A stretch of 63,133 nt of DNA, counting the filler, from Globobulimina sp. (Eukaryota): assembly GCA_003354225.1 (NCBI GenBank). It is 24 parts of 24 records of this genome, joined end to end, with 100 filler letters (N's around TTAATTAATTAA, not from the genome) between each part and the next. Parts side by side here need not be neighbours in the genome. Positions count along the whole stretch, not along the records: positions 47,438 to 49,970 come from PIVH01006132.1; positions 50,071 to 52,603 come from PIVH01006133.1; positions 52,704 to 55,236 come from PIVH01006134.1; positions 55,337 to 57,869 come from PIVH01006135.1; positions 57,970 to 60,501 come from PIVH01006136.1; 19 more parts are not named here. The stretch is one strand, 5' to 3'. Shown here piece after piece: positions 47,438 through 57,970 of the stretch; the stretch's first letter is position 1; each line of letters starts with the position of its first letter. The position numbers and the translations under genes were made by a program. A model generated the notes under the pieces. That model was not told where the DNA came from, searched no databases, and saw only the letters and a program-made list of their open reading frames with translations.

Positions 47438-48031
47438 AATTTATCAAATACGTATCAATTTATGCACCAACATGGTTGTTATCACTTGGATGGGAGCACA
47501 CTGAATTTAATGTGGAATGTTGTGGAAAAGGAAGTTATTTTGATTGATTTTGGTGACGCTGTTAATGTGTTCAATCCCCACATACGAATTGGTGGAGGAA
47601 GCAGATCAACAGTTTCTTGGCAACAAAAAATTCTTCAATGCAAATCTATGAAATCGTATCCCATCACAGCTGCAAGCTATGAAGTTCCGAATTTATTGCA
47701 ACATTCTGATTGGTATACATTGCATGCAGTGAAATTGCGTATAATCGGCAAGTTCTGCTATGGACCAACCAAATGGTGTTTGCTAATGAGAGAAATGAAA
47801 GAGAAGATCGATGCAGTGGTGAATGATATGTTTAAAACTCAATTATATCATATTAGAGATAATGAAGAATGTGCGAGATACCAAACACAAATATGGATCA
47901 TTCGGGATGAATATTTAAAAAAAATTATCGACCACATAAAAAAGAGCGGATCAGACAATCAATTATTATTACCTTTGTTGCAGGATTGCTTGCGATATCT
48001 AAAACTCGATTATAGGTTGCAAAGTCCTTGA
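47438..48031 (+). CDS. Atypical protein-kinase-like domain C-terminus, 5' truncated
   Basis: MH..G.YHLD....N, ILIDFG, D.Y.L motifs. Confidence 0.65.
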   Translation, partial: NLSNTYQFMHQHGCYHLDGSTLNLMWNVVEKEVILIDFGDAVNVFNPHIRIGGGSRSTVSWQQKILQCKSMKSYPITAASYEVPNLLQHSDWYTLHAVKLRIIGKFCYGPTKWCLLMREMKEKIDAVVNDMFKTQLYHIRDNEECARYQTQIWIIRDEYLKKIIDHIKKSGSDNQLLLPLLQDCLRYLKLDYRLQSP

Positions 48032-48150
48032 AATTAATATACGCGGTACGGCAGTAATTAATATAAATTATATTTGATTTTTTGCTTAATTTGATTTCTC
48101 GACAATTTTCTCCGAATAAAATAACGTAAATTTCAATTGGATCATATAAA

Positions 48151-48198
48151 TATCACACGTCATGATTTGCAGTACTCTACCAATTGAGCTACGTGACA
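48151..48198 (-). pseudogene. Internally deleted tRNA remnant
   Basis: TGTCACG-TA-GCTCAATTGGTAGAGT D arm and a pairing 3' acceptor strand, but no T arm. Confidence 0.45.
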
Positions 48199-48393
48199 TT
48201 TATGTTTCAAATCCTATTTGTTCGTTTTAACTCAGTTCACTTTAAGAGTTTAAAAAACTGTGTAAAAAACAAACCGAAAACGCTCACTTAAAATTAACCT
48301 CTTCTAGAAACAAACACCACAAAATAAATATATTATATTATATTAATAAACCAGACTTATCTCAATATAACACTTACAAACTAACTTTGCAAA

Positions 48394-49594
48394 ATGGCAA
48401 CCCTTCTCGCTGTGTTAATCAGTTTCGCAGTTACATCATCAGCATCAGCATCAGCATCACCTTACCATCGACAACCATTCTCGTCCTGGACGCCAATATT
48501 TCGATGTATTGATGAGCCCGGATCCGATGTTCAATTTTATGCTTTAGATTTAGAAGATATCCAATCATTAATTGTTGAATCAAATGCGCAAAAGGTTAGA
48601 ATCACCGGATCTTTTGGTTCAAAATCGGCGAGTTTCACCTCAAAAAATAGTATGCAAACAATATTAAGTGAAACAATATTAAAAGGTCGTGCTTTATCAA
48701 GTTATCCCGACTCGCAAGACTCACAAAATTGGGCAATAAGACCTAGTTCATTCCCTGATGTATTCTCACAAAGTGATGGTTGTTCAGATAAAGCAGGTAC
48801 ATACAATATATTTATTATAGTATAATTATACGCAATTTTTATACACAAACATTTGTTATTTTCTATTTGTATTTAATATACACAAATATTTGTATCCGCA
48901 AATTAAATTAACGTATACACAATTATTAGGTGCTTATATCCCCAATGTATGGTTCGAAGCCTGTGATAACGAGGATGGATTACATATTATCCGCAATGGC
49001 ACCGCATCTCTTTGTACCTTTAAGAAGAAAGATGCAAATTCTGTGGCATCAGATATTACCATATCAATCGACGCGAATACGTTGCCAGCACTCTCTGACC
49101 AATATACAGAGACAGTGTTTGATAATGCAGATGCTTTTGAAACTTGGTTGGCAGAGACGGCGTTTCCTACAATGACATTTATCACAGCCGCAGACTATAC
49201 GGCATTGGGAGCAGCAGCGACGTGTTTGATTGATACGCGAGCGGAGGAAGAATGGGCAGTGAGTAGGATACAAGGCACCGCAGTGCGGATTGGATGGTCT
49301 GAGTTGACGGACACTGAAATCAATGAGCTCGTAGCGGATCATTGCAATGAGGATGATTTGATTGTGTTTTACTGCGCAGTGAGTTACAGAGCGGCGTTGA
49401 TGGGCAATTATTTTATTGACAGTTTAGGATTTGAGGCCGGGAGAATTGCAGTGTTACAGGGATCTATCTCTCGGTGGGCCGACGAACGGAGACCTTTGGT
49501 AAATGATGATGGTCCAACCACATTTGTCCATACATACGATGCAGATAACGGCAATGCATATGTCTTGACTGAGTATAGATTTTTAAGCAATTAA
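48394..49594 (+). CDS. Secreted rhodanese-domain protein, 2 exons (intron 48797-48929)
   Basis: Signal peptide; LIDTR..EE..VSRI.G, IVFYCAVSYRA active-site loop, LQGSI.RW...RPLV. Confidence 0.8.
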
Positions 49595-50315
49595 AGGCAA
49601 CGTCTGTATAATATTAATCTTTAATTTTTAACTTATTACGTCTGTACAATATACAAATGTATAGATAGTTTTTGATAATCTGAATTCTAATATTCTTTGA
49701 CACGTAAAAGGTTGATAAATTCCTAGTTGTGTATGGATATATCGATATTTCATGCGTTATTTATTGATTTTTCGTTTTCATTGATATATTTTGTTGTTTT
49801 TTTTGCTTGTTAGTTGTTAGTACTTTCCCGTATCTTTTAAATCTAAAAAGTATTTCTCCAAAACGTCAAGAAAAAACGGAAGGAAAATAGGTTAATAATA
49901 AAATGTTAATGGTTCCCGATGAAACACAACCTTTAAGAATTCAATTTTGACTTTCAATGTTTTTATTTTGNNNNNNNNNNNNNNNNNNNNNNNNNNNNNN
50001 NNNNNNNNNNNNNNTTAATTAATTAANNNNNNNNNNNNNNNNNNNNNNNNNNNNNNNNNNNNNNNNNNNNTGGAGGACCCCAGAGGTGAGCCAATCAATT
50101 GCTTGATGTTAAACAACAATATCAATAATCAATTATGGGATATAATCAATTGGTTGATATGTCTCAACAATCAATATAACCTAACTACCACTCGTCATAG
50201 CCAATCGTCCTAGACATGAATTATTCATAGTGTTAATAATTTCAATTATTAATTCAATGTTAAATATAAATCAAATTGGTGTTTATAATTTGTGTCTGAA
50301 TACATAGATATTTGT

Positions 50316-51518
50316 TCAAATTCTTTTTATTCTTTTTCTTTTCTTTGATAATGATTTCGGAGTTGTTTTCATGAGCTTTTTGGATAATCGTTGGAGTCGA
50401 TTGTTCCTTATCTTGATATTTTGTTTTCTTTTCTTCACAATTTTGTTGAATGCTTTGGTGGTGAATGTTTTGACTGTGTTAAAGCCGGATTGTTTGGCTA
50501 CCATTTCGTGTAGATGTTGCGGCTCCATTTTCATCTCATAGTACAACATTGTTGTGCTTGATTTCCATCCCGCCATTTTTTGTCTGGCAGTTGCACAAAT
50601 TCCTATTTTTTTCATGTCGTAATTGCCTCCTCCACGTGTTCCATGCAATTGATGCTCAGTGGTATCCAATCCTTGATCTTCGCAGATTAATTTGAATCTC
50701 GCTTTCAATTTTTGGTATGTTAGGACTGATCTATCTTTTAGCATCAGTAAATTATCCGTATCATTCCATTCTTTGGGTCTGAATTTGTACAATCGGATGA
50801 TTTCGCAAAGAGCACATACTAAGTTGTGTTTGCACCAATGGAATAATGGGGCGGATTGTATGTTTCCGGCTTGGTTTTTCTTTGAAAATGAGAACATAAA
50901 AATGGCGCTTTGATCGCTGGCTTTCGGTGTTGACGTACCGTTTTCAAACACGATATTTTGCACCTGAATTTTGGTGAAATTTTTCCTGATGATCTCATCG
51001 CTCCTTCTGATGGTGTTGTGTAACATGGATAAACCTACTCGATATATTTGGTTGTTATATATCTTGTTGTCTAGGATTGGCGCTTTGAACCATGCCATTA
51101 TCATTTCGGATGTGATTATTCTGGATCCGAGTCCTGGTGGTAATTCCACTTTCCTTCCATCAAACATCGCGTGCAATCTTGGCATTGCTTTCCTGTCTAC
51201 TCTGATGACTGTGTCCAAAGTTGATAAGAACAGGTCTCTTATTCCATAGCATTCTGTTCGGATTGTTCCGGATTTTACTCCGTGCACTTTGAATCTATAG
51301 GAGCCATATAGGCATAATTTGTCTTGTGTTGCGATGGTGGGACAATATCCGTAGATTTTGTTCCATTGCATCCAGTGTTTTTGTGATAGATTCCATGCGA
51401 TGATTGTACCTGCGGACAATCTGTTGTGTATGAGGTAATCACGATATTCTCCGAGCTCTGTTATAGCGATTATTGGCCATAATAGTTTACGTTTGTCGAC
51501 TTTGTTCGACTTTGTTGT
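50316..51518 (-). CDS. Tyrosine recombinase of DIRS/Ngaro (Cre-like) type; 5' end uncertain
   Basis: IRRSDEI (R), FSKKNQ (K), C....VCA, HGTRGGG (HxxR), AGWKS...M.YY (W, Y). Confidence 0.85.
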   Translation of the reverse strand, partial: TTKSNKVDKRKLLWPIIAITELGEYRDYLIHNRLSAGTIIAWNLSQKHWMQWNKIYGYCPTIATQDKLCLYGSYRFKVHGVKSGTIRTECYGIRDLFLSTLDTVIRVDRKAMPRLHAMFDGRKVELPPGLGSRIITSEMIMAWFKAPILDNKIYNNQIYRVGLSMLHNTIRRSDEIIRKNFTKIQVQNIVFENGTSTPKASDQSAIFMFSFSKKNQAGNIQSAPLFHWCKHNLVCALCEIIRLYKFRPKEWNDTDNLLMLKDRSVLTYQKLKARFKLICEDQGLDTTEHQLHGTRGGGNYDMKKIGICATARQKMAGWKSSTTMLYYEMKMEPQHLHEMVAKQSGFNTVKTFTTKAFNKIVKKRKQNIKIRNNRLQRLSKKLMKTTPKSLSKKRKRIKRI

Positions 51519-51774
51519 CTGTGTGTTGTGTTGTTTTGTGTTTTAAGGTGTGCTAATTTACCAGCAATTCATGGTCTTTCTTTTCATCTTTAGAGTGTTT
51601 TTCAAGAATAAAAGTTAGTTCAAAATTACAAAACTTCTTTTGCAATGGCACTTTCGTTCAAGTTTATGGTTTATTTCCTTGCATTGGTCGAAAACAAAGC
51701 GTTAATGGTTTATTTGAATTTTATTGATGAGTCTTTTGTGTTTAGTCCATTTATTTTTATATATCTCTTAATTA

Positions 51775-51938
51775 TGTCAGTTACTGCCTGTGGCAAATGC
51801 ATTGTTACGATAATGTTGTTTGACGGCAATAACCAGACCCAACTACAAAAATTACCTTTACGTCAGTTACTGTCACAAAATGAATAGCTTTGTTACGATA
51901 AGGTTGTTTGATGACAGTGGCCAGACCCAATTACCTTT
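51775..51938. repeat. Imperfect tandem duplication of about 87 bp
   Basis: GTCAGTTACTG..TTGTTACGATAA.GTTGTTTGA..CCAGACCCAA.TAC occurs twice. Confidence 0.75.
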
Positions 51939-52024
51939 CTTTCTTAAAAAAAATCATTTTTTCTTAAAAATAATGATATTTATTGTTATTATGTGTTGTT
52001 TTAATTAATTAGAATAATTAGGTT

Positions 52025-52183
52025 ATTATGTGTGGCGTAACGGCATTAATTATTTGTGCCGTATGAGAGAGAGAGAGAGAGAGAGCAACGCCGTATAATT
52101 ATGTGTGGCGTAACGGCATTAATTATTTGTGCCGTATGAGAGAGAGAGAGAGAGAGCAACGCCGTATAATTGTGTGTGGCGTA
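52025..52183. repeat. 71-73-bp tandem repeat (2 full plus partial) with internal palindrome and (GA)n tract
   Basis: ATTATGTGTGGCGTAACGGCATTAATTATTTGTGCCGTAT(GA)nGCAACGCCGTATA; copies differ in GA number. Confidence 0.92.
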
Positions 52184-52282
52184 CCTTAATTATTAGAGTT
52201 GCGTAAGGTTTTTTAATCAAGTTTTATTTTTAGTTTAAAGTGTGTCGTAGCCACATTTAACTTTCACACACAGGCAAATATG

Positions 52283-52603
52283 TCATTCGTCTTCTTTTGA
52301 TTCTTTTTTTGTGTTGTCTTCGTTCCATGGATGTGCAAATCTGCAATTTGTTCGTTTGCATTCCTTTTTTTGGGTGTCCATATCACATATCCCTGGTTCT
52401 CTTTTTGCTCCGTTTTGTAATATAATGTTGCCCAATAACTCCGATCTCCTGACCGGAGCTCTGTTGTTTCTGTTTCTGAATGGCGTTCTTGTATCGGTTC
52501 TTTGTCTTTTATTCTCGTTATTGTTGTTCCAGTTTTTCTTTTTCTTCTGGGTCCTCCAAATGGCATTTTGCATTTCCTCCGGTTTGATTAATGCTGCGAT
52601 ATC
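52283..52603 (-). CDS. Basic protein C-terminus with CCCH zinc finger (gag-like), 5' truncated
   Basis: C-x8-C-x4-C-x3-H (CDMDTQKKECKRTNCRFAH) after an Arg/Asn-rich tract. Confidence 0.55.
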   Translation of the reverse strand, partial: DIAALIKPEEMQNAIWRTQKKKKNWNNNNENKRQRTDTRTPFRNRNNRAPVRRSELLGNIILQNGAKREPGICDMDTQKKECKRTNCRFAHPWNEDNTKKESKEDE

Positions 52604-53121
52604 NNNNNNNNNNNNNNNNNNNNNNNNNNNNNNNNNNNNNNNNNNNNTTAATTAATTAANNNNNNNNNNNNNNNNNNNNNNNNNNNNNNNNNNNNNNNNN
52701 NNNATATAAAACATATAAAAATTCAGATATGGAATCAAAATATGAATGGAATGATGATAAATCGGTTTTGTATGGAAAGTCAAAAAATATAACACGTGGG
52801 GCAGGCTATAATTATACATTACATATAGAAAACGATGATAAAAACACCAAACTGTTTCTGGTAACATATGGAAAAAACGGTACACCAATGACCATAATAT
52901 TTATTAAAAAAAAATAATTGTCACACATTTTATAGTAATTTATAATAAATTCAATTGTTTTCTGATGGAAATCATGCATGGAATCTAGACTTGTTCCATC
53001 ATTTTGTCTTGTCAATAGTAGCAAGTCTAGAAACGAAAAACATTTTTTTGAGTGAAACGAGTGTCGCACTTTATATGAACAACATAATTAATAATAATGA
53101 AGCATACAATACATTTACAAA

Positions 53122-54279
53122 TTAAAATGTTGGAAAACTGCCATCCGACAAAATACCACATTCGCCTTTATTCCCATTTTTGTTGCAATTTCTACAAATA
53201 AGAACATAACCATTCATTCCCCTGAAATATTACAATATATATAAACCATATACGCTGCAACATAGACAGATCGAGTTAACATACCAAGAAGCACCCCATG
53301 AATTCTTCACCTTCCAGTAATCCTGACCTCCCATATTGCCATAACCTGTGATTAATACAGCATGATCCACCCTGGTCCCACATGTTCCCGTTAATACACC
53401 GCTACTATAACTTTGAAATGCCGTCTGATCCGCTTCAATACCAATCGCCACACAGCCATCAGCCACTGCATTTTGCATTGCTGTTTCGCTGTATTGTGTG
53501 ACTCGCGTATACCCACTATTTGCATTATATTTAGTGCCGCACGTCGATGATCTACAGGTACCATCCCTGGCAGTATACGCATACTCGGATTCTGAACACA
53601 ATCCGCCAGCCGCATGTACATAGCTCATGGCTTGTTCGTTATTGCCGCCATTGCAGCCGGCACATCCGTAGGAACCCGCACAATCAACCAACTGCTGCTC
53701 TGATAACGACGTTAATTTCCCTTTTTTGATGGCGTAATCACATTCTAAGGATCCAGTTGTCGCGAATGCCCAACATGAACCACATTGCCCTTGGTTTTTA
53801 ACTGGGGTTACAACGCCTTTTGTCGTCCAGTCAACACCTTACATCATATACGCATATCCGCGTTAATATTGTATATATTGTTTGACACAGTGACACAGTG
53901 ACATACTGTCTGGAGCAGCAACAGCTTCATCGGGAGGAATATTGAATAAATCAACCACATGATGTTGTGTGGTGAAACAAGCTTCGCTTCCTCCATGGAT
54001 ATAATGTGTGAATTCATCCCCATTCATATCACTAAATTGATTTAAACCCAATGTATATGTTTTATTCATTGAATTTGATTCTGCAATTTTCTGTAAATTA
54101 TCTAACCAAACCAAGAATTTGTGCGCTTCGACTTCAACGCTTTCATACGATCGATCAAATGCTTGTGCCCATTCTTTAAATGTCGAGGATGTATCAATTT
54201 TTTTGATATTGTCTAATGTGTACGTTTCGTCCCATGCTGCTGCGGCAACACTTAATAATAATGCTACAATCACTTTCAT
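53122..54279 (-). CDS. Papain-family (C1A) cathepsin L-like cysteine protease, 3 exons (introns 53838-53906, 53222-53284)
   Basis: Signal peptide, I29 propeptide (GLNQFSD), QGQCGSCWAF, DHAV, KNSWG. Confidence 0.95.
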
Positions 54280-54420
54280 TATGCTCTTATCACAGAAACG
54301 AGAAGGAAGTTGGGGATAATGTTTTTGCTTTCGAACTCTTTTTCAGTTGCAAAAAAACACAAAGCGCAAAGATTTCAATCAACTCATTAAATTAAATATC
54401 GATTATCCAGTTTGCATGTT

Positions 54421-55236
54421 TCAATCGACACCAATCAATGGAAATTGCCTAGCAAACTCAACAACGTTTTGTTTTAAATCTTCTATTTCCTTTTGACGGA
54501 TATTTTTATTTTCAACTCCATCCTTAAAATCCTTCATTTTCTTTGAATTAATCTCTTTTTGTATATCCAATGCGATATTTACTGCTTCATTGAAAAACAA
54601 AGCAATTTCCTTAAAATGATTAGTCAAACACCCTCTTGTGGTCATAGCTGGTGTACCAACACGAATACCGCCCGGATTCATTGCCGATTTATCTCCCGGC
54701 ACTGTATTCTTATTTAATGCAATATTGCTTAATTCACATACTTTCTCTACTTGCGCACCGCCAATATTCTTATTACGTAAATTAATTAAACATAAATGAT
54801 TATCACTGCCACCACTCACTATATCATATCCCAACGCATCTCTTTACATATTACGTATATAATATTCAGAAACAGAAACAAATATAAGTTACGTTATAAA
54901 AACGCATATTTTTCGTTTCTGTTTCTGAAAATTATGCAAAAACTGCATCATTTAATCGCAGTTCAACCTTAATTCTGAGACAAAATATTGACTGTTCTCC
55001 ACCACTCTTCCTTGATATTCCCCAAATTCTTCACTTTGCGCTTGTTTCAATGCAATGGCCAATGCAGTGATGGTATGGTAACATGGAGCGCGTTGATGTG
55101 AAATACATATCGCTTCATTTATTTTCTCCTCATAATCTTTATGTTTCCTATAAAAAGCCATTGCAGCTCTTGGTCCCCGTAACGATTTATGAGTCGTTGT
55201 GGTCACAACATCAGCAAACGGGAAAGGTGATGGATG
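54421..55236 (-). CDS. SHMT: Serine hydroxymethyltransferase C-terminal part (intron 54842-54967), 5' truncated
   Basis: [44 protein letters not shown]. Confidence 0.93.
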
Positions 55237-55518
55237 NNNNNNNNNNNNNNNNNNNNNNNNNNNNNNNNNNNNNNNNNNNNTTAATTAATTAANNNNNNNN
55301 NNNNNNNNNNNNNNNNNNNNNNNNNNNNNNNNNNNNACCATACGTTTAATGATATTCCAAGTACAAAAGACATATACAATGCCAGCAATGAGAAACAGTA
55401 TCCCTGCGAACGTGGTCACCACTATACTAGCTATTGAATCCCTCATTATTCAGTACCGGATGATCTTTACTGTCAAAAAAACGTTTGATTTCAACAGAAT
55501 AAAAACTTTCACTTCATC

Positions 55519-57331
55519 ATGTTGTCTCGTTTGGGTCGTTTTTGTAACAGCACAGCAGTTAAATCCACACATTCCACATGGAACGTATCCAAAGCTACTT
55601 TCGCGATTCTCAAATCGCCAGTAGGTCCTGGCGCTCCTGAAATTCGGAAAGTCGATGATTCTTCAGCTTCTTATAAAGTCAATCCAGTCCCAAAAGTTAA
55701 ATTATTACACTACCTGTGATTATAAATTCCATTTCTACCATATATCCCGCAATTATTCCAAGGCAAAAACGCAATTATTTATGAATGGAGAATTCATCGA
55801 TTCCTCCACCGACCAATATATCAAGGTATTAAACCCCGCCACACAGGAAATTGTGACGCAAGTTCCAGAAATAACGCAAGACGAATTTGACTTAGCTGTG
55901 TCCACTGCCAAGGCGGCACAGAAAGAATGGGCCGCCGTGCCAGTCTCCGTCCGGCAGAGATATATGATGGACTACGTGCGGCTAATTCGCGAGAATATGA
56001 CCGAGTTGGCCGCGTCCATCACCTTAGAACATGGCAAGAACACCACAGACGCGCTAGGCGATGTGTTTCGGGGCTTGGAAATTGTAGAAACGAGTTGCAA
56101 TGTCGCCACGTCAATGTTGGGTGACACGATGCGAAACGTTGCCAAAGGCATCGACACTTATTCATATATGGAGCCCTTAGGCGTGACGGCCGGTATTTGT
56201 CCGTTCAACTTCCCTGCAATGATCCCATTGTGGATGTATCCACTCTCAATTGCTTGCGGCAACTCCTGTATTATGAAGCCATCGTCGCGCACACCGACCA
56301 CATTGATGTTATTGATCGAATTGTTGCAGACAGCGGGTGTGCCCAAAGGCGTTGTCAACGTGGTCCATGGCAGCAGAAAGTGCGTGGATAAGATCTGCGA
56401 CCATCCGGACATCAAATCCGTCTCTTTCGTCGGCAGTAACCCCGCCGGCGAGTATATTCACCAAAGAGCTACGTCGATGAACAAACGGGCGCAGTGCAAT
56501 ATGGGTGCCAAGAACCATGGCACGGTGCTACCGGACTGCGACAAGACAGCGACTATCAATGCGTTATGCGGCGCTGCCTTTGGTTCTACAGGTAATTGAT
56601 ACGGTGATTCGCACCGTACGCAATTGCGATGTGTTAAGGTGTGCACACTGTGATATCACTGATATGTATACATAGGACAAAGATGCATGGCGTTGCCTGT
56701 GGTGTTATTGGTGGGCGAGTCTGGGGATTGGGTCGATGATTTTGTGGCAGTGGCGAAGAAATTTAAAGTGAATGCTGGACACGAAGCGAATACTGACGTG
56801 GCTCCAATGTGCACAGTGTCGGCCAAGGAGTTCGTGGAAGGCTGTATTCAATCTGCGGTCGATGAGGGCGCCAATGTTGTGTTGGATGGAAGGAATTATT
56901 TTGTTGAGGACTATCCAAAGGGAAACTTCATTGGTCCTACGATTATTACTGATGTTGAGCCTGGGATGAGATGCTATGATGAGGAGATATTTGGGCCGGT
57001 GTTGTTGTTTAAGAAATGTAGAGATTTGGACGAAGCGATAGCGATTTCCAATGCAAATGAATGGGGGAATGGCGCTGCGATATTTACAAATAATGGTGCT
57101 GCGGCACGCAAGTTTGAACATGAATGTGATTCTGGACAGATTGGCATTAATTTACCCATTCCGGTGCCATTGCCAATGTTTTCATTTACCGGAGGCAAGA
57201 ATTCGTATCGTGGAGCACAGAAATTTTATGGCAAATGTGGTGTGGAATTCTATACCAATATAAAAACGATCACTTCCAATTGGAAATTTAATCAAGCAAA
57301 TGCAAGTTGTGCGTTCCCAAGATCTAGCTAA
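55519..57331 (+). CDS. ALDH6A1: Methylmalonate-semialdehyde dehydrogenase (acylating), mitochondrial-type leader, 3 exons (introns 55696-55762, 56592-56675)
   Basis: [21 protein letters not shown], spliced [29 protein letters not shown]. Confidence 0.96.
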
Positions 57332-57423
57332 TAGACGTGTGATTATATATTAATTTTATAAATTATTCTTTACATTAAATGTTTTCTAGTCTAAATCAGT
57401 AACTTGAAGTACAGTAAGATCAC

Positions 57424-57729
57424 ATGCATATGGCAAAGGTTGTGGCTTGGTCTTTGGATGATTCTGCATTGCGAAAACAACTGCTACGATTATCAAAATC
57501 AAAATTAATTAAGGCGTGCAAACACAAAAACGTTTCATATGTTGGCAGTAAAAACGATATTATTGATCGTATATTGAAGACAAAAAAAGAAAGCAAAATA
57601 TTGAATAAAAATAAGATATCCATGTTGCAATTGCCAGATCCACCAAAACATAAAATTAAGCTAACTTCGCATAGCGTCAATTTGAAACAAAGAAGATTTG
57701 ATTTAGTAAATGGATATACAGAAGAGTGA
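57424..57729 (+). CDS. Small SAP-domain-like ORF (possibly truncated)
   Basis: LSKSKLIKACKHKNV...GSKNDIIDRI fits the SAP pattern. Confidence 0.5.
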   Translation: MHMAKVVAWSLDDSALRKQLLRLSKSKLIKACKHKNVSYVGSKNDIIDRILKTKKESKILNKNKISMLQLPDPPKHKIKLTSHSVNLKQRRFDLVNGYTEE

Positions 57730-57970
57730 AACGGAGATATTTGTGTCAATACTAGCAATGTAAAGAGCATTCAATCTGTATTTGGGCGTAATATTGCTAA
57801 GTCCGGATAGCATAAAGGGAAAATAAAAATTTTGAAATATCACGCAGTTTATAAAAAAGACAATATGATNNNNNNNNNNNNNNNNNNNNNNNNNNNNNNN
57901 NNNNNNNNNNNNNTTAATTAATTAANNNNNNNNNNNNNNNNNNNNNNNNNNNNNNNNNNNNNNNNNNNNA

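Noticed and set aside
52025-52183. CRISPR array
   Set aside because: Units are contiguous with no unique spacers, there are no cas genes, and the context is eukaryotic.
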